From NCBI GenBank assembly GCA_964252035.1, contig OZ176200.1: DNA of 64,000 bases; one strand, written 5' to 3'. This DNA is from Podarcis erhardii. Its lineage: Eukaryota. The position numbers and the translations under genes were made by a program. The notes under the pieces are model-generated. The model had not been told where the DNA came from. It was given only the letters and a program-made list of their open reading frames with translations, and searched no databases. Shown piece by piece: positions 1-11,021 of the stretch; position 1 is the first letter of the stretch; every line of letters starts with the position of its first letter.

Positions 1-108
1 AGCTTTTGCAAAGAAGTTATAACATTTGAAGAGTGCCAGGACCAAGTAATTGTGTCTACACATGCCTGAAGGAAAACCCAAGAAAGCTTCTGTCAAAGAT
101 AAATCTAC

Positions 109-3100
109 CTGGATAGTCTGCCTATGCTCTTTGAACACATTCACTCTGACGACTGCTTTGCTAAATTCAGGGTTGAGAGACTGAATGATCTCATAATCCA
201 AGTGTTCCTGAAAACGACAGACATAAACCACATTAGAAACACCAAAGAAAATACAACCTAGCTTGTACAAAAAAAACCAACCCTTCAGAGCTAGTTTGGT
301 TTCAAAGGTCATCTGAAGCTATAATTATCTAAAATTGTTCCACATATTTGGTAACCCCATGCTTTGTAAAAAAAAAACCCACAAAAACATTATTCCACCA
401 GGCCCTTAGTGCGTAAGAATTTCCCCCCTACCCACTGATGGTTCTGTTGTTGTTTTATTCCATTGATTGCATAATTTGACATTTTCAGTATGGCTTTGAC
501 TGTTATTATTGCAATTTGTATTATCAGCCACGCTTGCAACCCACTGGAAGGAAGGGCAGGATATAAGCCTATGGGAAATAAATACAAAAATAAGGAACTG
601 AATCTAGAAAAACATGACCAGAACACCACTAATGGAACAGGTTTCTTGTATTCCCATTGCTGCTGCAGAAATCTGCACAGCCTAAAAGCAGCTCCTGAGA
701 GTCACAGAACTCTCTGGAATTGTGTGGGTTATACACAGGCGTTTGTAAGGGGCAGGGGGAAGAAATTCAGGAGGATAACCATGTGCAATGTACACAAAGG
801 CACTCTGTAGAACCAGTCAATATCTGCTCATATTACCTGATACTGCAGAGCATCAAAGCCTTTAAATACAAATTCAAACAGGGTGTGAAGGTTATCTGGG
901 CTGGGAGATGTGACAAAAATGTTGGAATAGCTGCAAAAAGAAAGAAAAAGAAAAAGATGACAGAAATGAACTTTACAATCTTTTCTTATTATTGAAACAG
1001 TAATATAAATAATTCAGCACGTTGTAAAAGCGGCAAAATAATTTATCAGCTTTTTAAAAGAAATACTGTTATAACATGTCCCAGCTTTTAGAGAAACTGG
1101 AACTGAAGATGGTTTAAAGCAGAGTTTACAAAACAATACAAAAACCTGATGTAAGAAAAATGCTCCCCTATTGCATGCACATGTGCTGCAGAACCAAGTA
1201 CTGAAGTACTCCTACAGTAGTCTTTGGTCATGTTTTCACTGGAGTGGTAAATCTCTGTACTGTGGCACTTCAGAGCTACAGCAAATTTTAAACAAGTGAA
1301 GAGCTACATTTTCAGCCATGTCCAGACTCAAAAGAGAATGTGGATTTAACATCACCTGGAGCCTCTTGAGGGAAGAACAAATTTTTACATCAGTTATTTT
1401 GCAGTGTTTTTTAAATTGTTGCCTCTGGGCTGAGAGCACAGCATATTTGAAATCATTTCTGATTTCAGCCTTAACTAAGTAAATCATTGGTTTGACACCA
1501 ATTCTATAGCTAAATGTGGCAAAAGTGAGCATAAGGACCATTTTGATTTTTATTTATGGCTCATAACTTGGCAGCAGGGGGCAATTACCTATGTATATTC
1601 ATTATTACTGACTCAGTTCTTTTCAGGCTTATGTGGAGAGTCCAGTTATCAAAAAATACCTTCATGTTTTACCTTTTAAACACACAGCCATTCTTAAAAC
1701 ACCCCAGAGCAACTTACCCAAAAGCCACTGCTCCAGCTATGGCCAACCCCAAGGCAGCTGATTTACCACGACCTCGGGCGGCTGTTAAAGCCACGGTGCT
1801 TCTCAGCGTCTTCTCAGAAATGGCTTCAATGAACTTCAAAACAGCTTTGGCCTAGCAACAAGAAAGCATATTAAAACAGTTTTGGCCAGAAAACCAGTTT
1901 GACCACAAAACTAGAGAGCTGCAAGCAATAGCATATGCTAGTAAAATTTCAAGTTCATTCACTTATTCATTCAGTAATATTTCTTACACATACTTATACA
2001 GTTATAAAAAAAGAGCAGACAAGTAAAAATAATTCCAAATGGAAGCTGCATGGCATGGGTTAAACAAAAAAGTAGAAATTGGTCCAATAAAGTAGCTTAA
2101 CTATCTAAGGGTCTTTGGCACACAGAAGCTGAATAATGACGATGCAAAACGTACTTCTGTATTAATATCAGACACCAATTTCATGCATAAAACCCCATCT
2201 GCTGAGAGCAGGAGGAGATTCTCCAGCAGCTGGCAATATCTTTCATTCCCCCTCGTATCCTGGCTCCTCTCACTATCCTGAGCTTCACCAAGCTTCATGA
2301 AGAGGGCACATGGGGGTGAGGGGCTCAAATAACTGCATCACCTGATTCCTGTTTCAATGCAATACTTGCCTGATCCAGGGTTTTACAACCATCCACGAGC
2401 ACTCCTACGGGCTGGGTGTCCTGGAGGCTCTCCTTTAGTTCCTTCAGCTCCATGTCCTGAGGACTCAGACTATCCTCCTGTAAGCAAGAGAAGTGACACC
2501 TAAATCAGAAAAGACTGCTACCTTGAATGCAAAGAGACACTACAATCCACAAGTAGCTCGCCTGCACAAATTTGTTTTGATGGGGAAATGAGCATCCTAC
2601 TGCTCATTAACCAAACCTGGTGGATTGTCCCTCAAAGAGATACAACTCAGAGCACCTGCAAGTGTGCAAATTAGCTGCATAGGAGCATTCTGACTTTGAA
2701 TATATATGAAGAGATGAAGGCAAGTGGGTTGGGGCGGGGAACCCTCCAACACTGCACTCCTTTTCCAAGGCCTGTTTGTTATTGTTATCAGGACCTGCTG
2801 CTCCAAGCACAACTCCAAAAACTTTATTTGTAATTCTGGAAATACAGCTTTTAAGCCCTGTGCCTTTGGAGCAAGAAGCAACAGAGGGCTCTCCTGTCGG
2901 AAAACAAGAGGAAACAAAATAGAACCTTTCGCCAAGTCCTAAAAATCATGCATTTATTTTAGCAAGCGCCTAAAAGAAGTTGAAAAGGCAAGTCCTGTTA
3001 TTCCAAACTAAACATCCGAAAATCTGAAGTTAAAATCTGAATTATATGAATTCAAACTACTTACCTGAGACCGGGGTGGAATAGCAGCAATGTCCGCTAC

Positions 3101-6100
3101 ATGGGTAGAGATTGGGAGGATGTTAAGCTGATCGTCAACCACCATGCAGGTTTTGCAAGATGCCAAAGAAAGAATGAACCTGTGCGATGAGACAGAGGAT
3201 ACAGCACCATTGTCACTGTTGTACTTGACTGGTTCTTCACCTGCAAAATGATTCCTCGAGCTACAGCTCGTGTACATGGATGGATTAGGTGATCCAAGAA
3301 TAGTGTTTCCGGATGGCACATCAAGCCAGATAGCATAGACTGCTTCTGTATAGTAGCTCCCTTCAGCATTAATACAGTGCTAACACACAGGCCCTGACAA
3401 CTTCACAGCATAGCTTAGGGAAGAGTCAGCCTTGGGACTCAAAGCCACATTTCCAACAGGCAACAAAACACTTTGTTCAACAGCATTTCACTTCCTGCAC
3501 AGGTAAGTTTCCAAAAAACAAATGTGGGGGTTGGCAGAGCATTTGTTGGGAAATTTCAAAGTGAATCTACATAGCAGAAATCATGGACATCCCAACATTT
3601 TGTTATTGTAAATTAGACCTTGTTTAATTTAGTCTGAGCACAGCCACCCTACACAACAGGTGTGGGGAACCTGTGGCCCTCCATGTATTATTGGACCACA
3701 ACTCCCATGTTCACTGGCCTTGCTGGCAAGGGCTGATGGGAATTGGAGTCCAAAGGTATCTCGTGAGCCAGGAGTTCCTCACTCTTGCTGTGCATTTTCC
3801 TACTAGTCAAGACTGTATACAGCTTCATGAATGATCTCTTGGACACAAGGTAATAATAATGAATGCAATTGGGTTGGGGGGAATTCACATTTAAAGTTAC
3901 AAACATGCACTTAGAATCATACAGACTTCTGAAATGATAAGACAAATCTAAGCAACAGGGCTAGAGCTTCTAAGATTCACCACCCCATTATACTTAAATT
4001 GAACATAATAGTCCTTAAAACTTCCACTAGAGGGCAACAAGTACTTGGGCCAACATGGAATCCCTTCTAATCCAAGGCTCAACAAACACACTTTTCCCTT
4101 CCAAGGGTTGCTAGTATTTGTGCTCAAAATAGTTCAGCAGCCTACCTTTCATTGAATCGGCCGACCACATCCTGATGTGCTTCTGTCCGGTAGCGAGAGT
4201 GTACATCCTGAGGAGAAGAAATGTTGTTTGTACGAAGCCTGAAAGAAGCCTTGACCCTAACAATTTCAATGAAGTACAGGCACAGAACAGCCAAATATTC
4301 CACTGTCTCAGTTAGACTGTGCTCCTTTCCAATGCCCACATTTTACTGACTGCTCTTTAAAAGGTTCTCAAGTTTACCTCTCTAATTCCCAAGCAAAGGC
4401 CCAAGTAGAGATGGACACTGGCCCTCATTAGCACATAGCCCTCAGCCAGACCAGTCTATGGCTTAGGGTGCATGAGCAAGTGTGCTGCCTGCTATTGTGT
4501 GACTGAGTAGGCCAGCCTACTTTTCTGTCAGGATGCTTGCACTTCCAGCACCTGCATGTCTAGAAATTCTGCATCTAAAGCTTTCCCCATAACTGCATCT
4601 CCACACCGAGAAAAACTCCACATGCTTGCCGCTTTCTTAGCAGCTAAGTGCAGAAATAAACAAACAGCTTTAATGACTCTGATACGCATGTTCAGAAAGG
4701 ACACTCATTGCATCCAATATGTGGTATGTTTCACCACATATTTCTCAGCACTACAAAACAGGTGGCAGCACTGAAAAGCTCCTTTTAAGCTGGCATTATC
4801 TCAAGCCCCTAGTCCAGCTGTACATATCAAATGGAACACAAGAGAACACGCCTGTACTACTTTCCCATGCAGTCCAGCACTGTCTGCTCTGATTGGCAGT
4901 GCCTCTCTGGGCCCTCAATATTTCCAGTTACATGCAACCTCATCTGTTTCTAACTGGAGGTGCCAGGAATCAAACAAGGGACCTGCTGTATGCACCGCAT
5001 GGGTCCTACCACTGAGTCATGGTCCCGAATAGGAGAGCTGGCCAATTTTCTGTTAAGCGCAGATAAAAACATCTCAGGAGGCATACATACCATGGTCATG
5101 GTGTAGAGCTGCTTCAGGGAGTTCATTGTTCTCAGAAGAATTGCCACGATGCCGCCGCCTTCCACGGTTTCAACTGTACGAGCCAGCAAATTGGGCGTCA
5201 AAGCTTCAAAGTCCTGGAAAAGATTGTGCCAAAAATTAACGCACCGTCTTCAGTAATGTGCCCACAACAAATCTGCAGTGCCAAGAATGGACGTGCTAGA
5301 TGGAACAGTAAACTTGGGAAGGGGCCTTACAGCGGTCAGGCCACTGATCTATTTTGCTCAATACTGTCAAGAGTGACTGGCAGCAACCCTTCAGGATTTC
5401 AGACATGGGTCTCTCCGAGCCCTGCTTAGGGATGCCAGAGACTGAACCCAGGACCTTTGAGATGCAAAGCACACACTCTTCCACTGTGATACTTAGCCTC
5501 TCCCAACCCTTGAGCACTTTGAACCAATGCAGGCTTGAATGCCTTCTTCTCCCCACAGGACAATGTACCCTTAAAAGCCTTTGCAGATTTGTGTGCTTTT
5601 TTATTTTAGGGGGCTGGTGGAATAATTGAGTTGTAATACAGAAGGAAGCAGAATGTTCCTTAAGTTTATCTATTGGGAGTTGTTTATCGAAAGGCATGAC
5701 CGGTATGGACTTTCATTATTCTTGTACAAATGGAGTCAGGCAACAATCTGCAACATGATGGTCCAGTTTAGATGGATCATATCTTAATAAGCAGAGATAG
5801 ACGCAAGACTTTTGCTCACACATGCGGTCCCTTCTCCCTTGTGGTGTATCTGAATCGAGGTCTGCAATTAATCATAGTTTCTTTTTTAGCTGAACCTGGA
5901 ACTTCAAAGCACGATTTAAGATGAAGGCTTGTTCTGGAGCTGGTAACCAGTTTCATGGTTCACCCAAAATGAGAAACTATGGTTAATTGGAGACTTCTGT
6001 GTTCAGCTGAGATATTATCCTGAGCATGGCTTCTATTTCACGGAAGTATCCAATGTCATTTTATTTTTTTATTTTTTTTAGTAATGCAATGTGGAAAATA

Positions 6101-6914
6101 TGTTTGGTACAATTTTGCACTCAAGAGTAAAGATATCTGCTACAGGGAACATTATGGATAGTGCAGATGAAGACTAGAGTTAAGGAGCAAGTAGATTGCT
6201 CAAGTAACTTGAAGAAAATGACTCTCCTATATTGAACATCTTCCTACCTGGAGGACGCACATGCCGAAAGTATTTCCAAGAATTTTGTGTGTCTCGTTGT
6301 AGTAACAGTACCGAATGTTTGTGGCTGCTATGAACAACTCAAATGGGTCATCTTGTTTCAGATCTAACATTCCAGTTTTAATCTTCTTCTGCAACTGCCT
6401 CATTCGTTTTTTACGGTGGCTGGAGACAAGATACAGGAAATTAAATTGGAAGTCCTCACTGAGGAAATTATCACATACTCAAATATGCAATTCTCTCTGT
6501 GTTAACTCAGAATAAAGTCCCACCAGGTTCAAGGATTTAATACTTTAGAGCCTCACCACATAGTTGCAATTTTTTTTTAAAAAAAGAAAGAAAAGTCATA
6601 CAAATGTTTTTACCTGCTGAAGCCAAGCTCTTTCTTATAACACCATAATACTGATGGTCTAGCCTTTACAGCTGCTTTAGACAACATATGATGAAGTATG
6701 ACTACCTGTAAGGCAATAAAACCTATCATTACCTCCAAACAAAGACAACAGCACCCGGATGAAGGTTATATACATTAGAGAAAAGAAGTCACGGGCTGCA
6801 CTTCACCTGATCTTTGCTACGATCCCCTACGACAACAAAAAGTGTCCTGTGCCGTGCAGCTACTCCATTCTCGATCAGTATCCGGATGCGATTGTCCACT
6901 TTCTTGCGCTGCAT
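109..6914 (-). CDS. NAT10: RNA cytidine acetyltransferase NAT10, N-terminal 369 codons (gene continues beyond the left edge of the window)
   Basis: Coding exons in transcript order: 6807-6914, 6614-6705, 6248-6419, 5091-5213, 4146-4207, 3065-3179, 2370-2477, 1718-1851, 837-930, 109-207 (108, 92, 172, 123, 62, 115, 108, 134, 94, 99 nt; 1107 nt, frame intact). Translation MQRKKVDNRIRILIENGVAARHRTLFVVVGDRSKDQ...DFEALTPNLLARTVETVEGGG...TAARGRGKSAALG (Walker A)...EHLDYEIIQSLNPEF matches vertebrate NAT10 as I recall it. All introns are GT-AG except a GC donor after 2370. Confidence 0.97.
3657..3787. mobile_element. Decayed palindromic hAT MITE related to 59073-59207
   Basis: GGGGAACCTGTGGCCCTCC...CAACTCCCA...GATGGGAATTGGAGTCC motif. 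Related fragments lie at about 11665-11770, 34755-34865 and 63325-63459. Confidence 0.6.
4024..4036 (+). promoter_or_regulatory. Candidate CTCF site
   Basis: CCACTAGAGGGCA is an exact match to the core CCASYAGRKGGCR. It lies in a NAT10 intron. Confidence 0.5.
5335..5515 (-). mobile_element. tRNA-derived SINE in a NAT10 intron
   Basis: Minus strand: CACAGTGG...GCTTTGCAT...GGTCCTGGGTTCAGTCTCTGGCATC head and CTGCCAGTCA...CAGTATTGAGC body. Related copies at about 4860-5020 and 57150-57340. Confidence 0.65.
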
Positions 6915-7399
6915 TTTCAGCTAGAGATCCTGTAAATTTTTTAAGAGATATTGTAGCGATTCAGTGCAGGGTGGCTTCAGTTTTCACGGAGACAGCAGTC
7001 TGGGGGTGGGGGGAATAGCAAATACCATCCATCCCAAGATTGCATTTTTCATCCTAAGCATAAGAACACCAATCCTCCAGCACCTCTGACACGTCTCCCC
7101 ACCTCAACTCGTCACCCTAACCCCTAAAATAAAAATCCCCAAATGTTGTAACCTTTTCTCACAGAGGAGTTTCCCCACCCGCTGCTCATTCCGATTGCCC
7201 AGTCAATTATTATTATTATGATTACTGCCCTTTTCGGGACCGTCTTGCTGCTCTCAACAATACCTTGGGTACACAAACTTGGAATCGACACGTGCAAACA
7301 AGGGAGAGGCCTCCAAACCCAGCCGCTGACTCGGAAACTGTTTCCTTGCCTTTTCTGCTTCCTTCCTTACAGAAACCAGCTCTATAAGCCAAGAGGACC

Positions 7400-8390
7400 C
7401 TGGTGCCTTTAAACTCTGGTGCCAGCTTCCCACGTGCAGGGGGGGGGGACCCACATGGGCTGCGCAGCAGAGAGGAAGGACCCGGGCTGCTGACTCAGGC
7501 ACAGCCTGCAAGGATGCCCTTCCGGAAAGAGGCGGCGCTGGGGCCGCCAGGCGCAACACGGCCGGCAAGGGCTTTACGCCGAGCCGAGGCCTATAAAGGA
7601 TTCTAGGTACGGAGCGGGGGGGGAGATGGAATTCCAGCCGGGGGCCTTTTCCGCCTGGGCGCTTCCTGATATCGTATTGGCCACGAGCAGGAAGAGGAGG
7701 AGCAGGAGGCGCCGGCGGTCCTCGTGCGTTTAGCGTCCGCCCGCTTGCGAAGCGGGCTGGAATTGGTACCCGTGGGCCTTTCTTTCCATTACATACAGAT
7801 CTTGAGCGTCCCAGTGCCTTCGAGCCCAATCCTCGGCACTTGGTCCCCTATTGGAGACTCTCAGCATAGCGCTGAGCTGAAACCTGCCAATAAAACTGCA
7901 ACCCCGCTATTTTCAGGTGACAGCAAAAACTGCAAGGTTTTTCGCAGGAGCAATTAGAGTAAGATCTACTATTTGATTATTGATGTAAACCCCCAAAATG
8001 CATTGTACATTTTATTCAGTACATTTTATTTTATTGCTATGGCTACTGGCTGATGCAAAGATTCTTCTGATTCTGCAACCCCGTATTTTTTTTTCCCCCG
8101 GGAGCGCCTCCACGTTCCGTTTCCAGCTTTGCTTCTCAGCCATGTGCGTTGCCCGCTTCCGTTCCTCGAAGGGCTCCCGTGTATTTTATCCTCGCAAAGA
8201 AGAAAAGATCTCACCCTGTGATGCACTCCGTCGTTAACTATCGCCACAACGCAAATAGCGTTGCTGAGAATATAGCCCTGCAGGATGAACTCCCCAAAGC
8301 CCATCTGAGTCCAGTATCCTGTTCCTACAGCAGCCAACCATTCGGAAGCCCGTAATCGGGACCTGAGTGTAACAGCAACACTCTTCCCAC
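7400..8390. promoter_or_regulatory. CpG-rich promoter/intron-1 region of NAT10
   Basis: Marked local rise in GC and CpG just 5' of the first NAT10 coding exon. CCAAT/ATTGG boxes near 7676, 7850 and 7887, plus ETS motifs. Confidence 0.6.
8215..8350 (-). other. NAT10: Candidate first exon of NAT10
   Basis: Best minus-strand donor in the upstream CpG-rich region (CAGG|GTGAGA at 8215|8214), with ETS-type CGGAAG motifs near 8155 and 8343. The 5' end is a guess. The next exon's acceptor is TTTACAG| at 6930, with a second AG at 6921-6922. Confidence 0.35.
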
Positions 8391-8393
8391 GTT

Positions 8394-8629
8394 CCAGTTA
8401 CAGATAGGTAGCCGTGTTGGTCTGCCATAGTCAAAACAAAATAAAAAAAATCCAGTAGCACCTTAAAGACCAACTAAGTTAGTTCTTGGTATGAGCTTTC
8501 ATGTGCATGCACACTTCTTCAGATACCTGAAGAATCTGAAGAAGTGTGCATGCACACGAAAGCTCATACCAAGAACTAACTTAGTTGGTCTTTAAGGTGC
8601 TACTGGAAGGATTTTTTTTATTTTGTTTT
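8394..8629. mobile_element. Fold-back Penelope-type hammerhead element, copy A
   Basis: 74-bp inverted arms at 8451-8524 and 8534-8607 with one mismatch and a 9-nt spacer. Pairing extends about 20 bp further. 12-bp TSD TCTTCCCACGTT at 8382-8393 and 8630-8641. Contains CTGAAGA-A-GTGTGCATGCACAY-GAAA-GCTC on both strands. Confidence 0.88.
8488..8527 (-). ncRNA. Minimal type I hammerhead ribozyme motif
   Basis: The minus strand reads GGTAT CTGAAGA A GTGTGC AT GCACAT GAAA GC TC|ATACC. Stem I is GGUAU/AUACC, the core is CUGANGA plus GAAA, stem II is present, stem III is reduced to the palindrome AGCU, and the cleavage triplet is CUC. Activity is untested. Confidence 0.75.
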
Positions 8630-9100
8630 TCTTCCCACGTTGTAATTCCCAACTGGCATTTAGAGGTAGCGCACATAGCTGATACAGGCAGGAGTCCCTG
8701 GTAGCCTTATCTACCAAGAAGGCTCAGAATCATGGCCAAAACTTGATGCCAGTCTCTCCTACCTCTTCCTCAGCCTACACAAAAATAAATATATACAGGC
8801 CATGCAATTCTTTCTGCTGAATTTTAAGTTTTTGAATCATTGGCTTGACTTAAGTGTTTGTGTGTGTGTTTACAAACACCATTCCTGTTTACCATTTGTA
8901 ACAGAGCTACCTTTTTAAATAGCTTACAGAAACCACTTTTCCCCCAGAATAGAAACCTCAAAATCTCCAGTAGTAAGACTTAGTAATGAACTTCCAATAA
9001 TGAGGTTTGGGATAGGGATTAACAGTACAGTTCTAGGCCTGTCTACTCAGAAGTCTTGTTGAATTCAGAGATAACTCCCTGCCAGATAAATATGTATGGG

Positions 9101-9402
9101 TGTTATGTACTGAGTTGAATAGGATCCAAACTGCAGCAGTCTGATTGGTCCTAGAACAATAGGATCCAAATTGCAGCAGTATGATTGGTTGGCAGGAACC
9201 ACCCAATCATGCTCCAGATATAACTGAATCCACAACCTGATTGGCTTACAGTAGAATTCCAGAATTAGCCAATCATGTGCAGCCCATTGTGTAAATAATA
9301 TATATAAAGCAGATACTTTGAGGGGACTTTCATTCATTCCTCCTCACCACTATGAGCTGAATAAAGAGCATGAAATCACTTTGCGACTCTGAGTATATTT
9401 CA
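9101..9402 (+). mobile_element. Solo LTR (probably Gypsy or ERV type)
   Basis: Starts with TG and ends with CA (302 bp). Contains five CCAAT/ATTGG boxes, an internal 40-bp-period duplication, TATATAAA at about 9301 and AATAAA at 9360-9365, in U3-R-U5 order. No clear TSD. Confidence 0.7.
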
Positions 9403-11015
9403 GCATTGTAGTCTTATGGCTAAGCAAATTAACTTGAGGTTCAGGAACACAGCTGCATTATACAGTCTATATCAATTGATTCATCTGGCTCAGTATTGTG
9501 TACACTGGCCGAGGGGGGTGGTGATTCAGGTATGGCACAATTTCCAGTTTAGCCTACAAGGCAGGGGCAGCCCAGTCCATTTTGTCACCTGAGGTGAATC
9601 AGAAATTGCCACCTCCTGTCCCCACTGCTGTCACACCCCCACACACACACTTTCACTGCCACTGAGAGGGGGGCATTCTGGCAGTGGTGGAAGCGGGCAA
9701 AACGCTGCCTCTTGTGCTTCCGCTACCAGAAGCAGGCATTTCATCACATCTCATGGGCAGGCTGGCTCTGCTACAAGGCATTTTACCCAACTGCCCCACA
9801 CCTGGGATCTACATCGTGGGCAGGTGGAGATGTGGCTGTGGTAGCCAGTGAACAATTAGGAGCCTTAAAGTGCATTGTCAATAAACACGTACTCTACCAC
9901 AGAGCCATGGCCCTTACTGATGGTATTGTCAAGATGCAAGCCTCACATGCACACGATTGTGTTTTCAAATTGCTCCCCAGCAGGGCTTTTTTCAGCCAGA
10001 ACTCAGGTCCAGCACCTCTCAGATGGGCGCCTCTAAAATGACAAGAAAACAAGGGGAGTTCATGGAAAGTTCCAATACCTATTTTTCAAGAAAAATAGCA
10101 CTGCTCCCTAGTTTGTGGGTGCTTTACAACATAAGCCTGTGCTTTACTCTGAAGTGAGCTCTACATGGGACAAGTGCCTAGTGAGTAGGAAGTGTAGGTA
10201 AATAACTTATTTAAATCACCTGTCTTTTAGGCACATACATGTAAAGTACCTTCTCGAATAGAACAAATCATTTTAGTGTCACGTAGCACACCCTACATAT
10301 TTTCATTGTAGTCCACCAACTAGATCAAGGAAGTTTGATTTAGTCCCAGATGTCTGTTTGCGGGGACGGAAGCGCAGGGCTGGAAAGCAGGAGTCCTATT
10401 TTTCTCCATTCACACTCAAGATATATAAAACATGACTACACAGTAAACAAATATAACTTCTCAAAAGACAAATATATAGCATAATGGTTATCAGGACTAG
10501 GTGTCATTTTTCAGCCATTTGTAATACGGGTCACATTCAGACCATATATAACACACTAGGATATCACTCTTAAGGGTGCTGAGGGTTGTGAGACCACCGG
10601 TGTTCCCTTGCCAATTTCCTGAGAATAGGGATTGTTAAATCACTGGGAATTATAGTTTTGGGAGGGGATTAGAGGTCTCCAAGAAGTCTCAGCACACTTA
10701 ACAAGTATTACAGTGGTATCAGTGTTTTAAATGTATGGCATGAAGGTGGCCATTCTCTGTGTTTTCTTCTCTATTCAGGCTTGAAACAGTTGCTGCAAAT
10801 GAAACAAGTATCCCAGTGTAGTTGTTTCTTCTGTGTAACCTTTAGCAATGTGGATGATCATTGTGAACTTCAGAAGTGTATCCATGAACATTGAACCACA
10901 GTATTAAGAAGATTCAAAATCACAGAAAGGAGACAGGCTTAAGATGAATGGAAGTGTTGAACATTAGGCAGTTGCACAGGGCAGTTCAACAGGAAATACA
11001 ACCTTCATGGAGATT

Positions 11016-11021
11016 TTTATT
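11016..11021 (-). terminator. Candidate distal CAPRIN1 poly(A) signal AATAAA
   Basis: AATAAA followed about 15-30 nt later by the GU-rich GGTTGTATTTCCTGTTG on the minus strand. Confidence 0.45.

Noticed and set aside
5650-6050. Possible GPCR/olfactory-receptor-like peptide (RRKTFAHTCGPFSLVV)
   Set aside because: The similarity is superficial and broken by stops. The segment contains an inverted repeat (AATTAATCATAGTTTC at about 5867 and GAAACTATGGTTAATT at about 5973) more consistent with a decayed MITE.
7254-7829. 191-aa minus-strand ORF
   Set aside because: Pro/Arg/Ala-rich, no recognisable domain, and it lies in the GC-rich NAT10 promoter/intron where stop codons are rare.
109-8400. SNORD13/U13 (the guide RNA partner of NAT10) or another snoRNA hosted in NAT10 introns
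   Set aside because: I looked for the 18S-complementary guide (AACCTTGTTACGAC or its complement) and for tidy C/D box pairs and found none by eye. CCTTGTTAC at 46601 is a 9-nt chance match in the CAPRIN1 5' region. An Infernal/Rfam scan would be decisive, and the downstream introns are outside the window.
8394-8629. Reading the fold-back elements as pre-miRNA hairpins, DNA-transposon MITEs or CRISPR-like repeats
   Set aside because: TSDs of 12-15 bp that differ per copy, asymmetric truncated arms and a hammerhead core fit retrotransposition of a Penelope-type end. They do not fit fixed 2- or 8-bp TSD DNA transposons, and there is no repeat-spacer array.
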